DNA of 64,000 nt. Source: Candidatus Moraniibacteriota bacterium. Its GTDB lineage: Bacteria > Patescibacteriota > Minisyncoccia > Moranbacterales > UBA1568. Under the pieces are notes generated by a model. That model was given only the letters and a program-made list of their open reading frames with translations, was not told the DNA's origin and did no database searches. Position 1 is the stretch's first letter. Each line of letters starts with the position of its first letter. Positions 37,498-47,797 of this stretch are shown here, piece after piece. The stretch covers positions 17,220 through 81,219 of the forward strand of contig JAGOSP010000003.1 of the NCBI GenBank assembly GCA_018062205.1, given 5' to 3'. Both the position numbers and the translations under genes were made by a program.

Positions 37498-40089
37498 TTA
37501 GAAGTTCGCTTGAATTTTTCCGGAATCCGAAGCGGTGTTCCCGTTTTGATCAGTCACTTCTACGGAGACGGTTAAATCTGAACCATTTTTATCGATTGGG
37601 ACTGAATAAGAAATTGAATAAGGCTTCGATGAAGTTGACCCAATCTCATTTCCATTAATAGAATATCGGACCGATTTAATTCCGTAGGCTGCGTCAACAG
37701 AAACGGTGAGGCTAATGTTTTGTGAATTGTGAGAGCCAGCGGACGTGAAGCGAATTTTTGGTTCAAAACCACTAAAATCACTTGCTTTACAATCATCCTT
37801 TGGGGGTTCATCAAGAATAACCCCTTTTTTGTCAGAGTAATAATCTTTTACCCCTTTCTCCCAGTTTTTATATTGAGAATCTCGGTCGGGTTTGTCGGGA
37901 ATTGGTCCGCGCGGATCATCTCGGTTGATATAGAAGAGAATATCATGAGGGCTGATAAAATCTTTTTTTTCAACATCTTTGCTCCGGCAGTATTTATTGG
38001 CTTTACAATACTTATTTTTTTCTCCAGGAATTTCGCATACCTTAAGGCCTTCTTTTTGCTCCAGTTTTCCGGCAAGCATCGATTTATTTGTTTGCCCTTC
38101 ACCATCACCGATTTCATCATCAGGATTATATTTTGGAAATTCTTCGGTAGCAGTGTTTACCAGAATTTTTTCTAGAAAAGCGCGCCAAATTGGAGCAGCG
38201 ACATTTACTCCATCAGCACCTTCAGTCATGGGGCTATTATCGTTGTTTCCTGCCCAGACGCCAACCGCAATTGATGGAGTGTATCCAATGGTCCATCCAT
38301 CACGAAATTCATTTGTAGTACCTGTTTTTGCTGCTACAAGACGATCTTTAAAGGTAAGTGGGCTATTTTCTCCAAATACCCAAGCCCGATTTTCATTGTT
38401 AGACATGACTGAATCAAGCATCGCAATATATTTTTGGTCGACCACCTGTTCGCCCGGATTTTCTTGGTGTTCTTCAAGAACCGTTCCTTTTGAGTTTTCA
38501 ACCCGGAGAATAGCGGTTTTCTCATGCTTAATTCCATTGTTAGCAAGGGTTGCGTATGCACTAACATGATCAAGAAGGGTAACTTCGCCGCCACCAAGTA
38601 CCAAAGAGAGCCCGAGTTGGTCGGGATGGTTAAGTGTTGTAATTCCGAGGTTTTTGGCGAGGGCGATAGCGTCTTTTACTCCGACGAGGTAGAGGGTTTT
38701 AACTGCTGGAACATTAAGCGATCCACCAAAAGCTCTCATGAGCGAAATGGGTCCATGAAATTTACCGTCGTAGTTATTTGGCTGATAGCTCTTCCCTTCA
38801 GCGGTTTCAAACTCCGTCTTTGTATCATAAATAAGGGTTTCGGGAAGGTATCCCTTAATGAAGGCGGTGAGATAGACGTAGGGTTTAAAAGATGATCCTG
38901 GTTGTCGTTTAGAAATAGCGACATTAAAATTTGGTTCAAATGTACAGCTTTTTCCAGAAATACAGCCGGCTGGTTCTGACGCACCAAAGTAATCTTTTGA
39001 TCCAACAAAAGAGAGGATTTGACCGGTTCGAGGATCTATAGCAACAAGAGCTGCATTTGCAGCCTTCCAGCGCTTATTTTTTTCAGTATTAGTACGGATC
39101 GCTTCTTCAGCGGCCATTTGTTTGTCCCAGTCGAGTGTGGTGATGACCTTCATACCATTTTGTTCAATAGCCTGATTTCCATATTTATTTTCAAGGTATT
39201 CCTTGATGTACATGACAAAATGTGGAGCAGCGATAATGTTTTTTTGTGGCTTAATTTTTTGGAGAGTATCAATAGCAATCGCTTCATTGGCTTGATCGTC
39301 TGTAATATAGCCAATTTTAGCCATTTGTTTGAGAGCATAATCTTTGCGTGTCACGACTCGATCTGGGCGTGATCCATAGGGAGAATAGAAGGCAGTACCA
39401 CGCGGGAGAGAAGCAAGAAGTGCAGCTTCATCAAGAGTGAGCTCTCTGGCGGATTTACTAAAAAAAGTTTGAGCAGCGGATTCGATACCATAAGCATTTG
39501 ACCCATAGGGAATTTCATTGAGATACATAGCTAAAATTTCATCTTTAGTGAACTTTGCCTCAATCTCTAAAGAAAGGATAACCTCTTTCACTTTACGGGT
39601 AAGAGTTCTCTCGTTAGTGAGGAGAGAATTTTTAACAAATTGCTGGGTAATGGTTGAGGCGCCCTGCGCAGCATCTAGGGTAATGATATCTTTGAGAGCG
39701 GCGCGAAGGATGGCTTTTGGCTGGATACCAAAGTGCTGATAGAAGCCCTGATCTTCAAGAGAGAGGGTGGCGGCGCGCACTGATTCTGGGATATCTTTGA
39801 AATCAATAATAGTACGCTTTTCTTCACCGTGCACCTCATAGAGAAGATGGGTGCCGGTTCGGTCGTAAATCTTGGTGGATTCGATGATAAAGCGTTTATT
39901 AACATTGTTTGGACTTGGGAGGTCCTTCGCAATAAAAGCAAAAAGAGCGACCGTCGCGAGGAAGCCGAGGACAAAAAGCGCCGCAAAAATCTTGAGAGCA
40001 ATCCGGAGCACCTTTTGAGTTCGAGGCGAAGAGAGACCCTCCTCTGGATTTTTACGGCTTTTTTTCCGTAGAAATAAAGGATTTCGCAT
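37498..40089 (-). CDS. mrcA: class A penicillin-binding protein (PBP1A: GT51 transglycosylase + transpeptidase) with C-terminal beta-sandwich extension
   Basis: N-terminal TM anchor. GT51 motifs (EDQGFYQHFGI, GASTITQQ), transpeptidase SxxK (GSSFKP), SxN and KTG (AAKTGTT) motifs. A ~230-aa Ser/Thr/Asn-rich C-terminal domain follows. Confidence 0.85.
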   Translation of the reverse strand: MRNPLFLRKKSRKNPEEGLSSPRTQKVLRIALKIFAALFVLGFLATVALFAFIAKDLPSPNNVNKRFIIESTKIYDRTGTHLLYEVHGEEKRTIIDFKDIPESVRAATLSLEDQGFYQHFGIQPKAILRAALKDIITLDAAQGASTITQQFVKNSLLTNERTLTRKVKEVILSLEIEAKFTKDEILAMYLNEIPYGSNAYGIESAAQTFFSKSARELTLDEAALLASLPRGTAFYSPYGSRPDRVVTRKDYALKQMAKIGYITDDQANEAIAIDTLQKIKPQKNIIAAPHFVMYIKEYLENKYGNQAIEQNGMKVITTLDWDKQMAAEEAIRTNTEKNKRWKAANAALVAIDPRTGQILSFVGSKDYFGASEPAGCISGKSCTFEPNFNVAISKRQPGSSFKPYVYLTAFIKGYLPETLIYDTKTEFETAEGKSYQPNNYDGKFHGPISLMRAFGGSLNVPAVKTLYLVGVKDAIALAKNLGITTLNHPDQLGLSLVLGGGEVTLLDHVSAYATLANNGIKHEKTAILRVENSKGTVLEEHQENPGEQVVDQKYIAMLDSVMSNNENRAWVFGENSPLTFKDRLVAAKTGTTNEFRDGWTIGYTPSIAVGVWAGNNDNSPMTEGADGVNVAAPIWRAFLEKILVNTATEEFPKYNPDDEIGDGEGQTNKSMLAGKLEQKEGLKVCEIPGEKNKYCKANKYCRSKDVEKKDFISPHDILFYINRDDPRGPIPDKPDRDSQYKNWEKGVKDYYSDKKGVILDEPPKDDCKASDFSGFEPKIRFTSAGSHNSQNISLTVSVDAAYGIKSVRYSINGNEIGSTSSKPYSISYSVPIDKNGSDLTVSVEVTDQNGNTASDSGKIQANF

Positions 40090-40189
40090 ACCAAAACCAC
40101 TTAATAAGTAAGTGGAGTATAGCTTAAAAAGCGGGAAAATTCAAGGATTCTTTTGATGAGATAAGGAGAGGCCTTGTTTTGGGAGGCAG

Positions 40190-41143
40190 TTAGAGCTCTT
40201 TGCTAGAAGCGAGTTTTTCTAGACCATCCAGAAGACCATCGATAAAGGCTGGATACTGAGACATGTTTTCTTGAGGAAATCCGATTTGGTCATTGAGTTC
40301 AAAGACAAAGGGGGTATTTTGATTCTGAATGCCAAAATCGATAGAATAGAGAGGAAAGTTGAAAGTGGTATCGACAAGAGATTGAATTTTTTGAGCAGTA
40401 TTTTTAATGAAGTGAGGAATATTTTCTAATCGTATTTCCTGAAGAGAGCCTCCTTGCGCGACATTAGCTAACAAGGAGCCTTCTTTGGGGGTTCTTACGT
40501 GAGCCAGAGTCATTTTTCCGTTGACGATAATGATACGGAGATCATGATGACCCATGACTATATTCGGGATTCCTTTCGCGGTGTCAACAAATTCTTGGAG
40601 CACATATTCCATTTTTGGATTGAGCTCGGTTTGTTTCAGATTTGTCGGAAAATCAATAATAATTCCTTTCCCACACATACCGCGAGTCGGTTTTAAAACG
40701 ACGCGCGTATTTATTGGAAAGTTTTTAAGAGAGGATTGTAGCTCTGCTTGATTTCGAATAAGGACACTTTTTGGCATGAAGTCAGAAAGAAGTTCTTGCG
40801 TGGCATATTTATCATTACAAAGAAGCTTGAATGCTCGGCAGTTGAGCGTTTTTTGGCTCATTTGAGGAGAGGGAAAACTTGTCCCACCACTTCGATCATA
40901 AATAGCATCGGCGATAATCGGTTGATCGTGATATTGGAAAGATATTCCATCATACAGATAAGTATGAGCAAAAACATAATTACCAAGGCAATTTTCTTTC
41001 CCGCTTGCTAAGTGCATTTGGTAACCGCGGGCGATTCCTTTTTGAAATAAGCGGTGATAAACAGCGCGTTTCTTTCCAAAAGATGCGAAGGGATCTTGAT
41101 TGAGCATGAGTTTATGATAATAGATGACTATTTTTTTTCGCAT
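40190..41143 (-). CDS. ATP-grasp family protein (third ATP-grasp of the cluster)
   Basis: 317 aa; VVLKPTRGMCGKGIII (ATP-grasp Lys/Gly-rich loop), LQEFV, downstream acidic-loop region; start overlaps upstream gene by 16 bp. Confidence 0.55.
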   Translation of the reverse strand: MRKKIVIYYHKLMLNQDPFASFGKKRAVYHRLFQKGIARGYQMHLASGKENCLGNYVFAHTYLYDGISFQYHDQPIIADAIYDRSGGTSFPSPQMSQKTLNCRAFKLLCNDKYATQELLSDFMPKSVLIRNQAELQSSLKNFPINTRVVLKPTRGMCGKGIIIDFPTNLKQTELNPKMEYVLQEFVDTAKGIPNIVMGHHDLRIIIVNGKMTLAHVRTPKEGSLLANVAQGGSLQEIRLENIPHFIKNTAQKIQSLVDTTFNFPLYSIDFGIQNQNTPFVFELNDQIGFPQENMSQYPAFIDGLLDGLEKLASSKEL

Positions 41144-41997
41144 AGTATAAGGTAATTTGAAAGAGATCTTATTTCTGGAGAAATGATTTCGTCGAGTGTG
41201 AATGCTGGGCAGCTATTAACCTCAAAAACTATCGGAATACCAGAGCTATTTTCGATGACGTCGATGCCAGCTATTTGGATATTTGTTACCCGCGCGGCTA
41301 ATTCGGCGGTATCCTTTACTGTAGACGGGACTTGCTGAAGAGAGATGAATTCTTCTTTTGCCCCGAGGTGAACATTGTTTCGAAACTCCTCATCCTGAGA
41401 GCGAATTTTTTTCTCCGCGACAGCACTCTTATCTCCCATGACAAGAATACGATATTCAAAGGTATTTGGAATAAATTCCTGAAGAAATATTTCTCTTCCT
41501 ACTTTGGTAAGAGACCGCTCTTGTAGAATTTGCTGGAGTGATTCAATTGTTTTTGCAAGAAAAACACCGGATCCTTGAGAGGTATTCGTTTCTTTTACCA
41601 CTAGAGGCAGTCCGAGGTAAGCAACAGCATTCTTAATCTGTTTTTTTGTGTAGGTGGCCGAGACATACGTTTTTGGGATAGAGACATGATTGAGCGCCAG
41701 ATGAAACATTTGTAATATTTTTGCGACATCGGAGGAATCTTTCGTGTGAGTATGAAATCGATCAATAAAAAAAATATTATTTTTTATTGAAAGATGAGCA
41801 AGCATATGAGCGAGCCCTCGATACTTTCCGACCTTCCTCGGGTAAACCGTCGTCCACTTTTGAAGCGGAACGCCGGCTATATTCATTCGGACATCTCCTT
41901 TTTGGATAAAAACCTCAATTTCTTCAAAGTTCGATACGGAAAAGTCAAGAGATTTTTTATCGAGATGATTCTTAAGAAGGAGTAAAAATGTTTTCAT
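41128..41997 (-). CDS. RimK-like ATP-grasp ligase (alpha-L-glutamate ligase family)
   Basis: LVVKETNTSQGSGVFL, FLQEFIP...EYRILVMGDK, NVHLGA, IAGIDVI, VFEVNSCPAF: the RimK motif set in order. The track ORF starts at 42039; Met at 41997 (MKTFLLL) is likely. Confidence 0.7.
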   Translation of the reverse strand: MKTFLLLLKNHLDKKSLDFSVSNFEEIEVFIQKGDVRMNIAGVPLQKWTTVYPRKVGKYRGLAHMLAHLSIKNNIFFIDRFHTHTKDSSDVAKILQMFHLALNHVSIPKTYVSATYTKKQIKNAVAYLGLPLVVKETNTSQGSGVFLAKTIESLQQILQERSLTKVGREIFLQEFIPNTFEYRILVMGDKSAVAEKKIRSQDEEFRNNVHLGAKEEFISLQQVPSTVKDTAELAARVTNIQIAGIDVIENSSGIPIVFEVNSCPAFTLDEIISPEIRSLSNYLILCEKK

Positions 41998-42050
41998 TTT
42001 ACTTCCAATTTGTTTTTTGCTGGTTAGGATGAGAAGCATAGTTTTGATGA

Positions 42051-43445
42051 TTATTTATTCGTATCAATAAGAAATTTTGCAAGATTTTTTCGTCCAATAA
42101 TAATTGGGTAGCCAAGACGGGATCTGTCAATAACTGAAATTTTTGCGGGAAATTGAGTGGTATCCATAATGATTTCGATTTGAATCATAGGCCGGTAAGA
42201 AAAACCATGAGAAGAAGCAACTTTAGTTGTATCGGCGAGGTCCGGAATTCCTAAAAAGAGATTTTCTCGTTCTTCTTTGGAGAGCTCTTTAATGACATCG
42301 CGATCACCTATGCGATTTTGAAATTCATCGAGTACGGCTTCGAATCCAAGTTCTTTGGCAAGTTCGGTGTCGATAGCGGTGGAGTCAGCACCAGTATCGA
42401 TTTTGGCCTCGACTTCAATTTCCCTTCCATTTTTTCCGATGAGTGTTACTTTCTCGATGCAGCCAACAACTCTTCGCCCAGAGATTTCCTCAATTTCTTC
42501 TTCAATCTCTCCACCAAAAAGGTTGCGTCCGAGGCGCACGCCGCGTTCGGTGGTTTTGATATTGACGCCGCGTACGCGATCGAGTCGTTCTTTTAGCCCA
42601 GCAAAATTTGCGAGCTGGATGGAAAGACCGGGCCTGGCATTGAGTTCAAGGATGACAGGCCCTTGATCGCGGTCAATGGCGATATCAGCACCCAGAAAAC
42701 CGAGCGAGGAGATCGACTGTGCTTCAACAGCCATCGTGAGAATTTGTTTCCAGTAGGGGATTTTGATTCCCGAAAGAGGAAGACGTGTTCCTGGAACAGA
42801 CTCGATGATTTGTCCTTTCCCTATGATAGCTGAAGTGGTGGTACCCGTAGCGAGGTCGATACCAACGCCGATAGCACCTTGCTGGAGATTGGCTTTACCA
42901 TCGGAAGCACGAGTGGGGAGACGAAGCATCGCCATAACGGGGATACGGTTGAAAACAATAACGCGAATGTCGGGGATGCCTTTGTAGCTGTAGGGCTTGA
43001 AAAGTTTTAAGAGCTTGAGACGTTCTTCAAAGAAAGCAATGTCTGGAGTATTGGACAAAGAGAAAGACCCATCGAGAATGTTTTCGATATGCGTTTTCAG
43101 ATCATCAATAGTGACAAGACTCCCGTTCGCCTTGATCCATGCATCAGGGCGATTTTTTTTACGGGCATAGACGACGAGTATCCCTTCACCACCAAATCCG
43201 CGATTTGGTTTGAGAGCAAAGCTTGCTGGGAGCGCGGTCCAGTCAAAATTTTCAAGCTCTTCTCGCGAACGGATTTTTCCGATAAGAGCGGAGACAGGAA
43301 GTTTGGCCCGAATAAGCGTATGCTTGCAAAGTAGTTTTTGATCGGCGATTTTCATACCGCGACGACGGTTAAATGGGCGCACAAAATCAAGATTTCGGGC
43401 GTTCATTCCAAGAAGCTTCCGGCTATTTTTCCAGTATTCAAACAT
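42051..43445 (-). CDS. fusion protein: N-terminal ATP-grasp (alpha-L-glutamate-ligase-related, LGMNARN start) + C-terminal retropepsin-like putative protease (DUF785/'Zn_protease'-type)
   Basis: N-terminus KLLGMNARNLDFVRPFNRR...DQKLLCKHTL...FALKPNRGFGGEGILVV (ATP-grasp). C-terminal ~150 aa carries IEVEAKIDTGADSTAID...ISVIDRSRLGYPIIIGRKNL (aspartyl DTGA motif). Confidence 0.65.
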   Translation of the reverse strand: MFEYWKNSRKLLGMNARNLDFVRPFNRRRGMKIADQKLLCKHTLIRAKLPVSALIGKIRSREELENFDWTALPASFALKPNRGFGGEGILVVYARKKNRPDAWIKANGSLVTIDDLKTHIENILDGSFSLSNTPDIAFFEERLKLLKLFKPYSYKGIPDIRVIVFNRIPVMAMLRLPTRASDGKANLQQGAIGVGIDLATGTTTSAIIGKGQIIESVPGTRLPLSGIKIPYWKQILTMAVEAQSISSLGFLGADIAIDRDQGPVILELNARPGLSIQLANFAGLKERLDRVRGVNIKTTERGVRLGRNLFGGEIEEEIEEISGRRVVGCIEKVTLIGKNGREIEVEAKIDTGADSTAIDTELAKELGFEAVLDEFQNRIGDRDVIKELSKEERENLFLGIPDLADTTKVASSHGFSYRPMIQIEIIMDTTQFPAKISVIDRSRLGYPIIIGRKNLAKFLIDTNK

Positions 43446-43609
43446 ATGTTTTGTTCAGATGCACCTGAAGTACGTCTGGTTGAGAATATTTTGAAGAGTC
43501 TAAAAGATGCTTTCCAAGAGACAGAATGGACTTTTTCTTTGCTGTATGTTCGGAAACATGGGGCATCAGAAAAAGTCCATTCTGTCTCTTGATTGAGGGC
43601 CAATCGAGA

Positions 43610-44311
43610 TTAGAGATGTTTGAAGACTTGGCGGAAACGCCAGTATTCCGAGAGACGAAGTCCAGACCATTTCCCCAGTGTGATATTGATGATGAAGGTG
43701 AGTACTATAATCCACAGCGGGTAGGTCAAAAGAAGATCCGTCACAAAAGTAGACTTGATAAGAAAGTACCCAACCGTAGAAATGATGAGCGTTTCTGCAG
43801 CGAGGATGAGCGCAATACGTGTACCTTTCTCAATTTGAGTGGAGACAAATTTCTCGGCGAGAGTAATCATAATCAGAAGCGGAAAGACGGAAGCGCCAGC
43901 AAAACCGGTGCGATTGTTGTGCCCTCCAATAAGAAGCAGGAGGAGTATAGCGAGAGAAATAATGGAAAGAGTAATGGCGACGCGCGGGAGATAGAGAAGG
44001 CGGAATCGCTTGAGACCGAAGCGCGAAAGCATGCCGACGATAATAATGGAAACAAAAACAGCGACGCCATATTTCAGCTCACCCATAGCGAAGAGGGCGA
44101 ACGTGATAATAGAAGGTGTATAAATACCGAAGGCTTTAATCCCAATAACTTGACGGAAAATGGCGACGAGAGTTGCAATGAGAGGAAGCATCAGAAGAAG
44201 AGTGACCGTGAGAAGGGGGACTCCTTCGGAAGCAAAATATTGTACAAGTGGATGATAATTCATAGCGCCATGATGAAAAAAATAAACCTCGAAATAACAC
44301 GAAATTTTCAA
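43610..44311 (-). CDS. 7-transmembrane protein (7TM partner of ATP-grasp/RimK-associated systems)
   Basis: 233 aa, ~7 hydrophobic helices, no soluble domain; located at the head of the ATP-grasp operon on the same strand. Confidence 0.55.
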   Translation of the reverse strand: MKISCYFEVYFFHHGAMNYHPLVQYFASEGVPLLTVTLLLMLPLIATLVAIFRQVIGIKAFGIYTPSIITFALFAMGELKYGVAVFVSIIIVGMLSRFGLKRFRLLYLPRVAITLSIISLAILLLLLIGGHNNRTGFAGASVFPLLIMITLAEKFVSTQIEKGTRIALILAAETLIISTVGYFLIKSTFVTDLLLTYPLWIIVLTFIINITLGKWSGLRLSEYWRFRQVFKHL

Positions 44312-44326
44312 AAAAGAATGGGCTTT

Positions 44327-44818
44327 TTACTGATTATGCAGAGCCTCTACTTTCCGTCGACTGGCATGACAGAGGGCGATGGCAAGCGCATCGGCGGTAT
44401 CATCGGGCTTTGGAATGGCAGCAAGTTTCAGAATTGCCTTGACCATAAGCTGCACCTGAGTTTTGTCAGCGCGGCCGTAGTTTGTCAGGGCTTGTTTCAC
44501 TTCAAGCGGAGTGTAACCAGAGATACTAACACGTAAACGCTCTAAAGTCAAGAGTATTGCACCGCGGGCTTGGGCCACAGAGATAACCGTTTTTTGGTTA
44601 TTAAAAAAGAAAAGTTCTTCAACGCCAGCCTCTTCTGGCTGGTAGAGTTCGACAATTTGCTTGATATTGTCTGCAATTTCAGCGAGACGCTTTTCAAGAG
44701 GGAGATCTTTGGAAGTAGAGATGTGTCCATAAGCCACAGAAAGTGTTTCTGCTCCATGGAGCTCGATAACTCCCCAGCCAACGGTCGCCGTGCCAGGATC
44801 AATGCCAAGAATGCGCAT
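44327..44818 (-). CDS. ruvC: crossover junction endodeoxyribonuclease RuvC
   Basis: MRILGIDPGTATVGWGVIE...catalytic Asp/Glu pattern (DPG, EELFF, DDTADALAIALCH). The track ORF extends to 44944; Met at 44818 is the likely start. Confidence 0.85.
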   Translation of the reverse strand: MRILGIDPGTATVGWGVIELHGAETLSVAYGHISTSKDLPLEKRLAEIADNIKQIVELYQPEEAGVEELFFFNNQKTVISVAQARGAILLTLERLRVSISGYTPLEVKQALTNYGRADKTQVQLMVKAILKLAAIPKPDDTADALAIALCHASRRKVEALHNQ

Positions 44819-45099
44819 ATGAATACCAGTGTTACTAACTAATCCGCAATTCAGACTTTGCCAGCCGAAACCAACGAGAGTTGATTTAGAATGAGTAATT
44901 ATTTTCCATAAACAAAAGCACCTCAACAATAAATATCCTTTCAATATGACCCTCTAAATAAAGTATAGAACAAAAACTGGATAGTGTATTGTGAGAATTA
45001 TGAAGCAGGGAAGATTATTCTTATAAAGAAGAGAGAAATCAAAAAAAAGAGTGGATGCATATTTTTTCACCCACTTTTTTCTTTTGGGTCTTTTCCTGT

Positions 45100-45816
45100 C
45101 TAGGCCAAGTTGTCCCAGACGGTTTGAACATCTTGGTGGTCTTCGAGAAGTTCTTTGAGTTTTTCGTATTTCTCTAAATCAGCCGGGGAGAGGGAGATGG
45201 TTTGGGTGGGGAGGTAGCCGAGCTCAGCGCTCTCAGGTTCGAAATTTCTGGAAACGAAATAGGTGCGGACTGCTTGGAGATTTTCGGGATGAGTAATAAC
45301 CAGAAACACTTCTTCTTCGAGGCGAAAGTCATCAGCGCCAGAGTCGAGCGTTTCGAGTTCGAGCGTTTCGGCGGAATACTTCTCCAAAGCAAAGACGATA
45401 ATTCCAACATGACGGAACATAAAGGAAACTGAGCCGGTTGGAACAAACTTACCACCATTTTTTGTGAGAATTGTTTTGACATCACCGACGCTGCGGTTTT
45501 TGTTGTCAGTGAGGCCTTCAATCAAGAGCGCAACTTGATTGGGGCCATAGGCTTCGTAGAGGACGGAATCAATAACGGTACCATCTTTTAGTTCGCCGCT
45601 CCCGGCCTTAATGGCGCGATCAATATTCTCCTTGGGCATGTTCATACTTCGCGCGGTATCAACAGCGAGACGGAGCTTGAAGTTCATGGCGGGGTCTATC
45701 CCTTCACGAGCGGCGATGGTGATGAGGCGGCCATGTTTGGTAAAAATAGCGCCACGCTTGGCGTCATTAATGCCTTTTTTGTGTCGAATACCGGCCCAGT
45801 GAGAATGTCCTGACAT
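45100..45816 (-). CDS. yebC: YebC/PmpR family DNA-binding transcriptional regulator
   Basis: MSGHSHWAGIRHKKGINDAKRGAIFTK signature N-terminus, 238 aa. Confidence 0.85.
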   Translation of the reverse strand: MSGHSHWAGIRHKKGINDAKRGAIFTKHGRLITIAAREGIDPAMNFKLRLAVDTARSMNMPKENIDRAIKAGSGELKDGTVIDSVLYEAYGPNQVALLIEGLTDNKNRSVGDVKTILTKNGGKFVPTGSVSFMFRHVGIIVFALEKYSAETLELETLDSGADDFRLEEEVFLVITHPENLQAVRTYFVSRNFEPESAELGYLPTQTISLSPADLEKYEKLKELLEDHQDVQTVWDNLA

Positions 45817-45909
45817 AGAAAAAGAAAAAAAGAAGTATCAAACAAAGCCTAGACAGAAAAACAAAAAAAATCAAGAGAGATAGCCTTTCTGATTTTGTTG
45901 ACGATTGGA

Positions 45910-46491
45910 CTAGGCGATGTATTTCCCGACGTTGATTTTTTCGTTGATTTTACGCGCTTCTTCGGGAGTGCTTGATCGTGAGAGCTGCATGACCATATCT
46001 TTGATGGTGTAGGGATCGGGAATCTGCCGGAAAACAAAACGCTCTTCTTCAGCTGCAGTTTGCACGTAGACATCACCAAAATTGAGAATGGTTGGGATGA
46101 AGCCATCGACAACAGAGGTAACGTCTTGAATGCGTGAAAACTGGAGTTCACTCACTTCGCGATTAAAAAGACCTTTCTGCTCAATGTTCACTATGCGCTG
46201 ACTGGTGATAATCCATACGTCAAAATAATAGTCCACCCAAACAAGAAATGCATAGAGCCAAATAAAAAGAAGAAAGGTATTCAGGAGAAAGGCAAGAAAG
46301 GCGGGCTGGAGTGCGTCTGAAGAGAGCTGGGCCATTTGCGGGAGAAGAGAGAAAACCACGATAAGGAGGAGTGTGGTGCACCAGATGCCTACGTACTGAA
46401 GGAAAATATTAAACCAATGCCGGTGAATGATGCGGAGCAGCTCTTCATTTTCACGCTGACCTTGGAAATGGTATCGAGAGAATCGAGACAT
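45910..46491 (-). CDS. membrane protein with bacterial PH-like (YdbS/YdbT-type) domain
   Basis: Two TM helices followed by a ~100-aa soluble domain; start uncertain (track 46542; Met at 46491). Confidence 0.4.
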   Translation of the reverse strand: MSRFSRYHFQGQRENEELLRIIHRHWFNIFLQYVGIWCTTLLLIVVFSLLPQMAQLSSDALQPAFLAFLLNTFLLFIWLYAFLVWVDYYFDVWIITSQRIVNIEQKGLFNREVSELQFSRIQDVTSVVDGFIPTILNFGDVYVQTAAEEERFVFRQIPDPYTIKDMVMQLSRSSTPEEARKINEKINVGKYIA

Positions 46492-46792
46492 AGCGAAATA
46501 ATTAGAAACCACCGGATTGAGGAAACACCATGCTGCCGCCAAGGAGCGTGTCGAGAGGGAGACTCGAAAAAAGAGAAAGGTTTATGAGGAAGAAAAGGCC
46601 GAATACAATAAGAAAAAACGAAACACCGAAGAGGGCATTCGTGCGACAGAGTGAGTAGCGGAGGATATGAAATACAATAAACCCAGCCGAAGCGAGATAG
46701 GTCACGATGAGGACGGAATAGAAGGCCCAAGCGATAAGTTGCATGAAAATGTATTTGTTTTATGACCCCAGTATACTGCTTCGGCGTAGTTT

Positions 46793-47797
46793 TCAAAAGA
46801 GGTAAGCACTATCGGGAGGGATAAGTCCGAGGTGTTTGTAGCCATCAGGAGTGACGACGCGGCCACGGGGGGTACGGGCGATGAAGCCAAGTTGGATAAG
46901 ATAGGGTTCATATACATCTTCAATTGTTTGTTCTTCTTCGCCAATGACAGAGGCAACGGCACGGATGCCAGCGGGGCCACCGCGGAACTTCTCGATAATT
47001 GCGCGGAGCATGTGGCGATCGGTGGGCTCAAGGCCAAGTGGGTCGATTTCAAAGAGAGCGAGTGCCTCTTTGGCTGAGACTGCGTCAATTTTATTTTCAC
47101 GATGGACTTGGGCATAGTCTCGAACCCGTTTCAGTATACGGTTAGCAACTCGTGGTGTTTGGCGGCTTGAGTGAGCAATAATCTCAGCACCAGCATCATT
47201 GAGTTCGACACCAAGAATACGAGCAGAGCGAAGAACGATGCGTTTGATTTCTGCCGGAGTGTAAAATTCTAAACGATGAGTGGAGCCAAAGCGATTGCGG
47301 AGCGGATTGGAAAGCGAACCGAGCTTGGTGGTCGCGCCAATGAGGGTAAATTTGGGGAGATCAAGTTGAATCGTGCGTGCCGAAGGGCCTTTGCCAATAA
47401 TGATGTCGAGCTTGTAGTCCTCCATAGCCGGATAGAGCACCTCCTCGATGGATTTGTTGAGACGATGGATTTCGTCTATAAACAACACGTCACCGGGCTC
47501 AAGATTGGTGAGAATAGAGCCGAGGTCACCGACTTTTTCAATCGCTGGACCAGAGGTAATGCGAATATTTACCCCCATTTCTTTTGCGATAATATGGGAG
47601 AGAGTTGTTTTGCCGAGGCCAGCCGATCCGTAGAGAAGAACGTGTTCGATATTTTCCCCACGATGTTTAGCTGCTTCGATGAAGATATGAAGGTTTCGTT
47701 TGATTTTTTCTTGGCCAACATAATCAGCGAATGCCTGTGGGCGCAGGGTGTTGTCGAAAATTTCTTCTTCAGGGAGGGATTGTTCTGTGGTAAGCAT
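46793..47797 (-). CDS. ruvB: Holliday junction branch migration ATPase RuvB
   Basis: Walker [11 protein letters not shown], Walker [12 protein letters not shown], sensor motifs, 334 aa. Confidence 0.92.
   Translation of the reverse strand: MLTTEQSLPEEEIFDNTLRPQAFADYVGQEKIKRNLHIFIEAAKHRGENIEHVLLYGSAGLGKTTLSHIIAKEMGVNIRITSGPAIEKVGDLGSILTNLEPGDVLFIDEIHRLNKSIEEVLYPAMEDYKLDIIIGKGPSARTIQLDLPKFTLIGATTKLGSLSNPLRNRFGSTHRLEFYTPAEIKRIVLRSARILGVELNDAGAEIIAHSSRQTPRVANRILKRVRDYAQVHRENKIDAVSAKEALALFEIDPLGLEPTDRHMLRAIIEKFRGGPAGIRAVASVIGEEEQTIEDVYEPYLIQLGFIARTPRGRVVTPDGYKHLGLIPPDSAYLF

Noticed and set aside
46389-46796. ORFs 46389-46796 (-) and 46502-46744 (-) between the PH-domain protein and ruvB
   Set aside because: Mutually overlapping alternative frames in a short gap. 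The 80-aa frame is hydrophobic and could be a real 2-TM peptide, but there is no supporting motif, so it was left uncalled.
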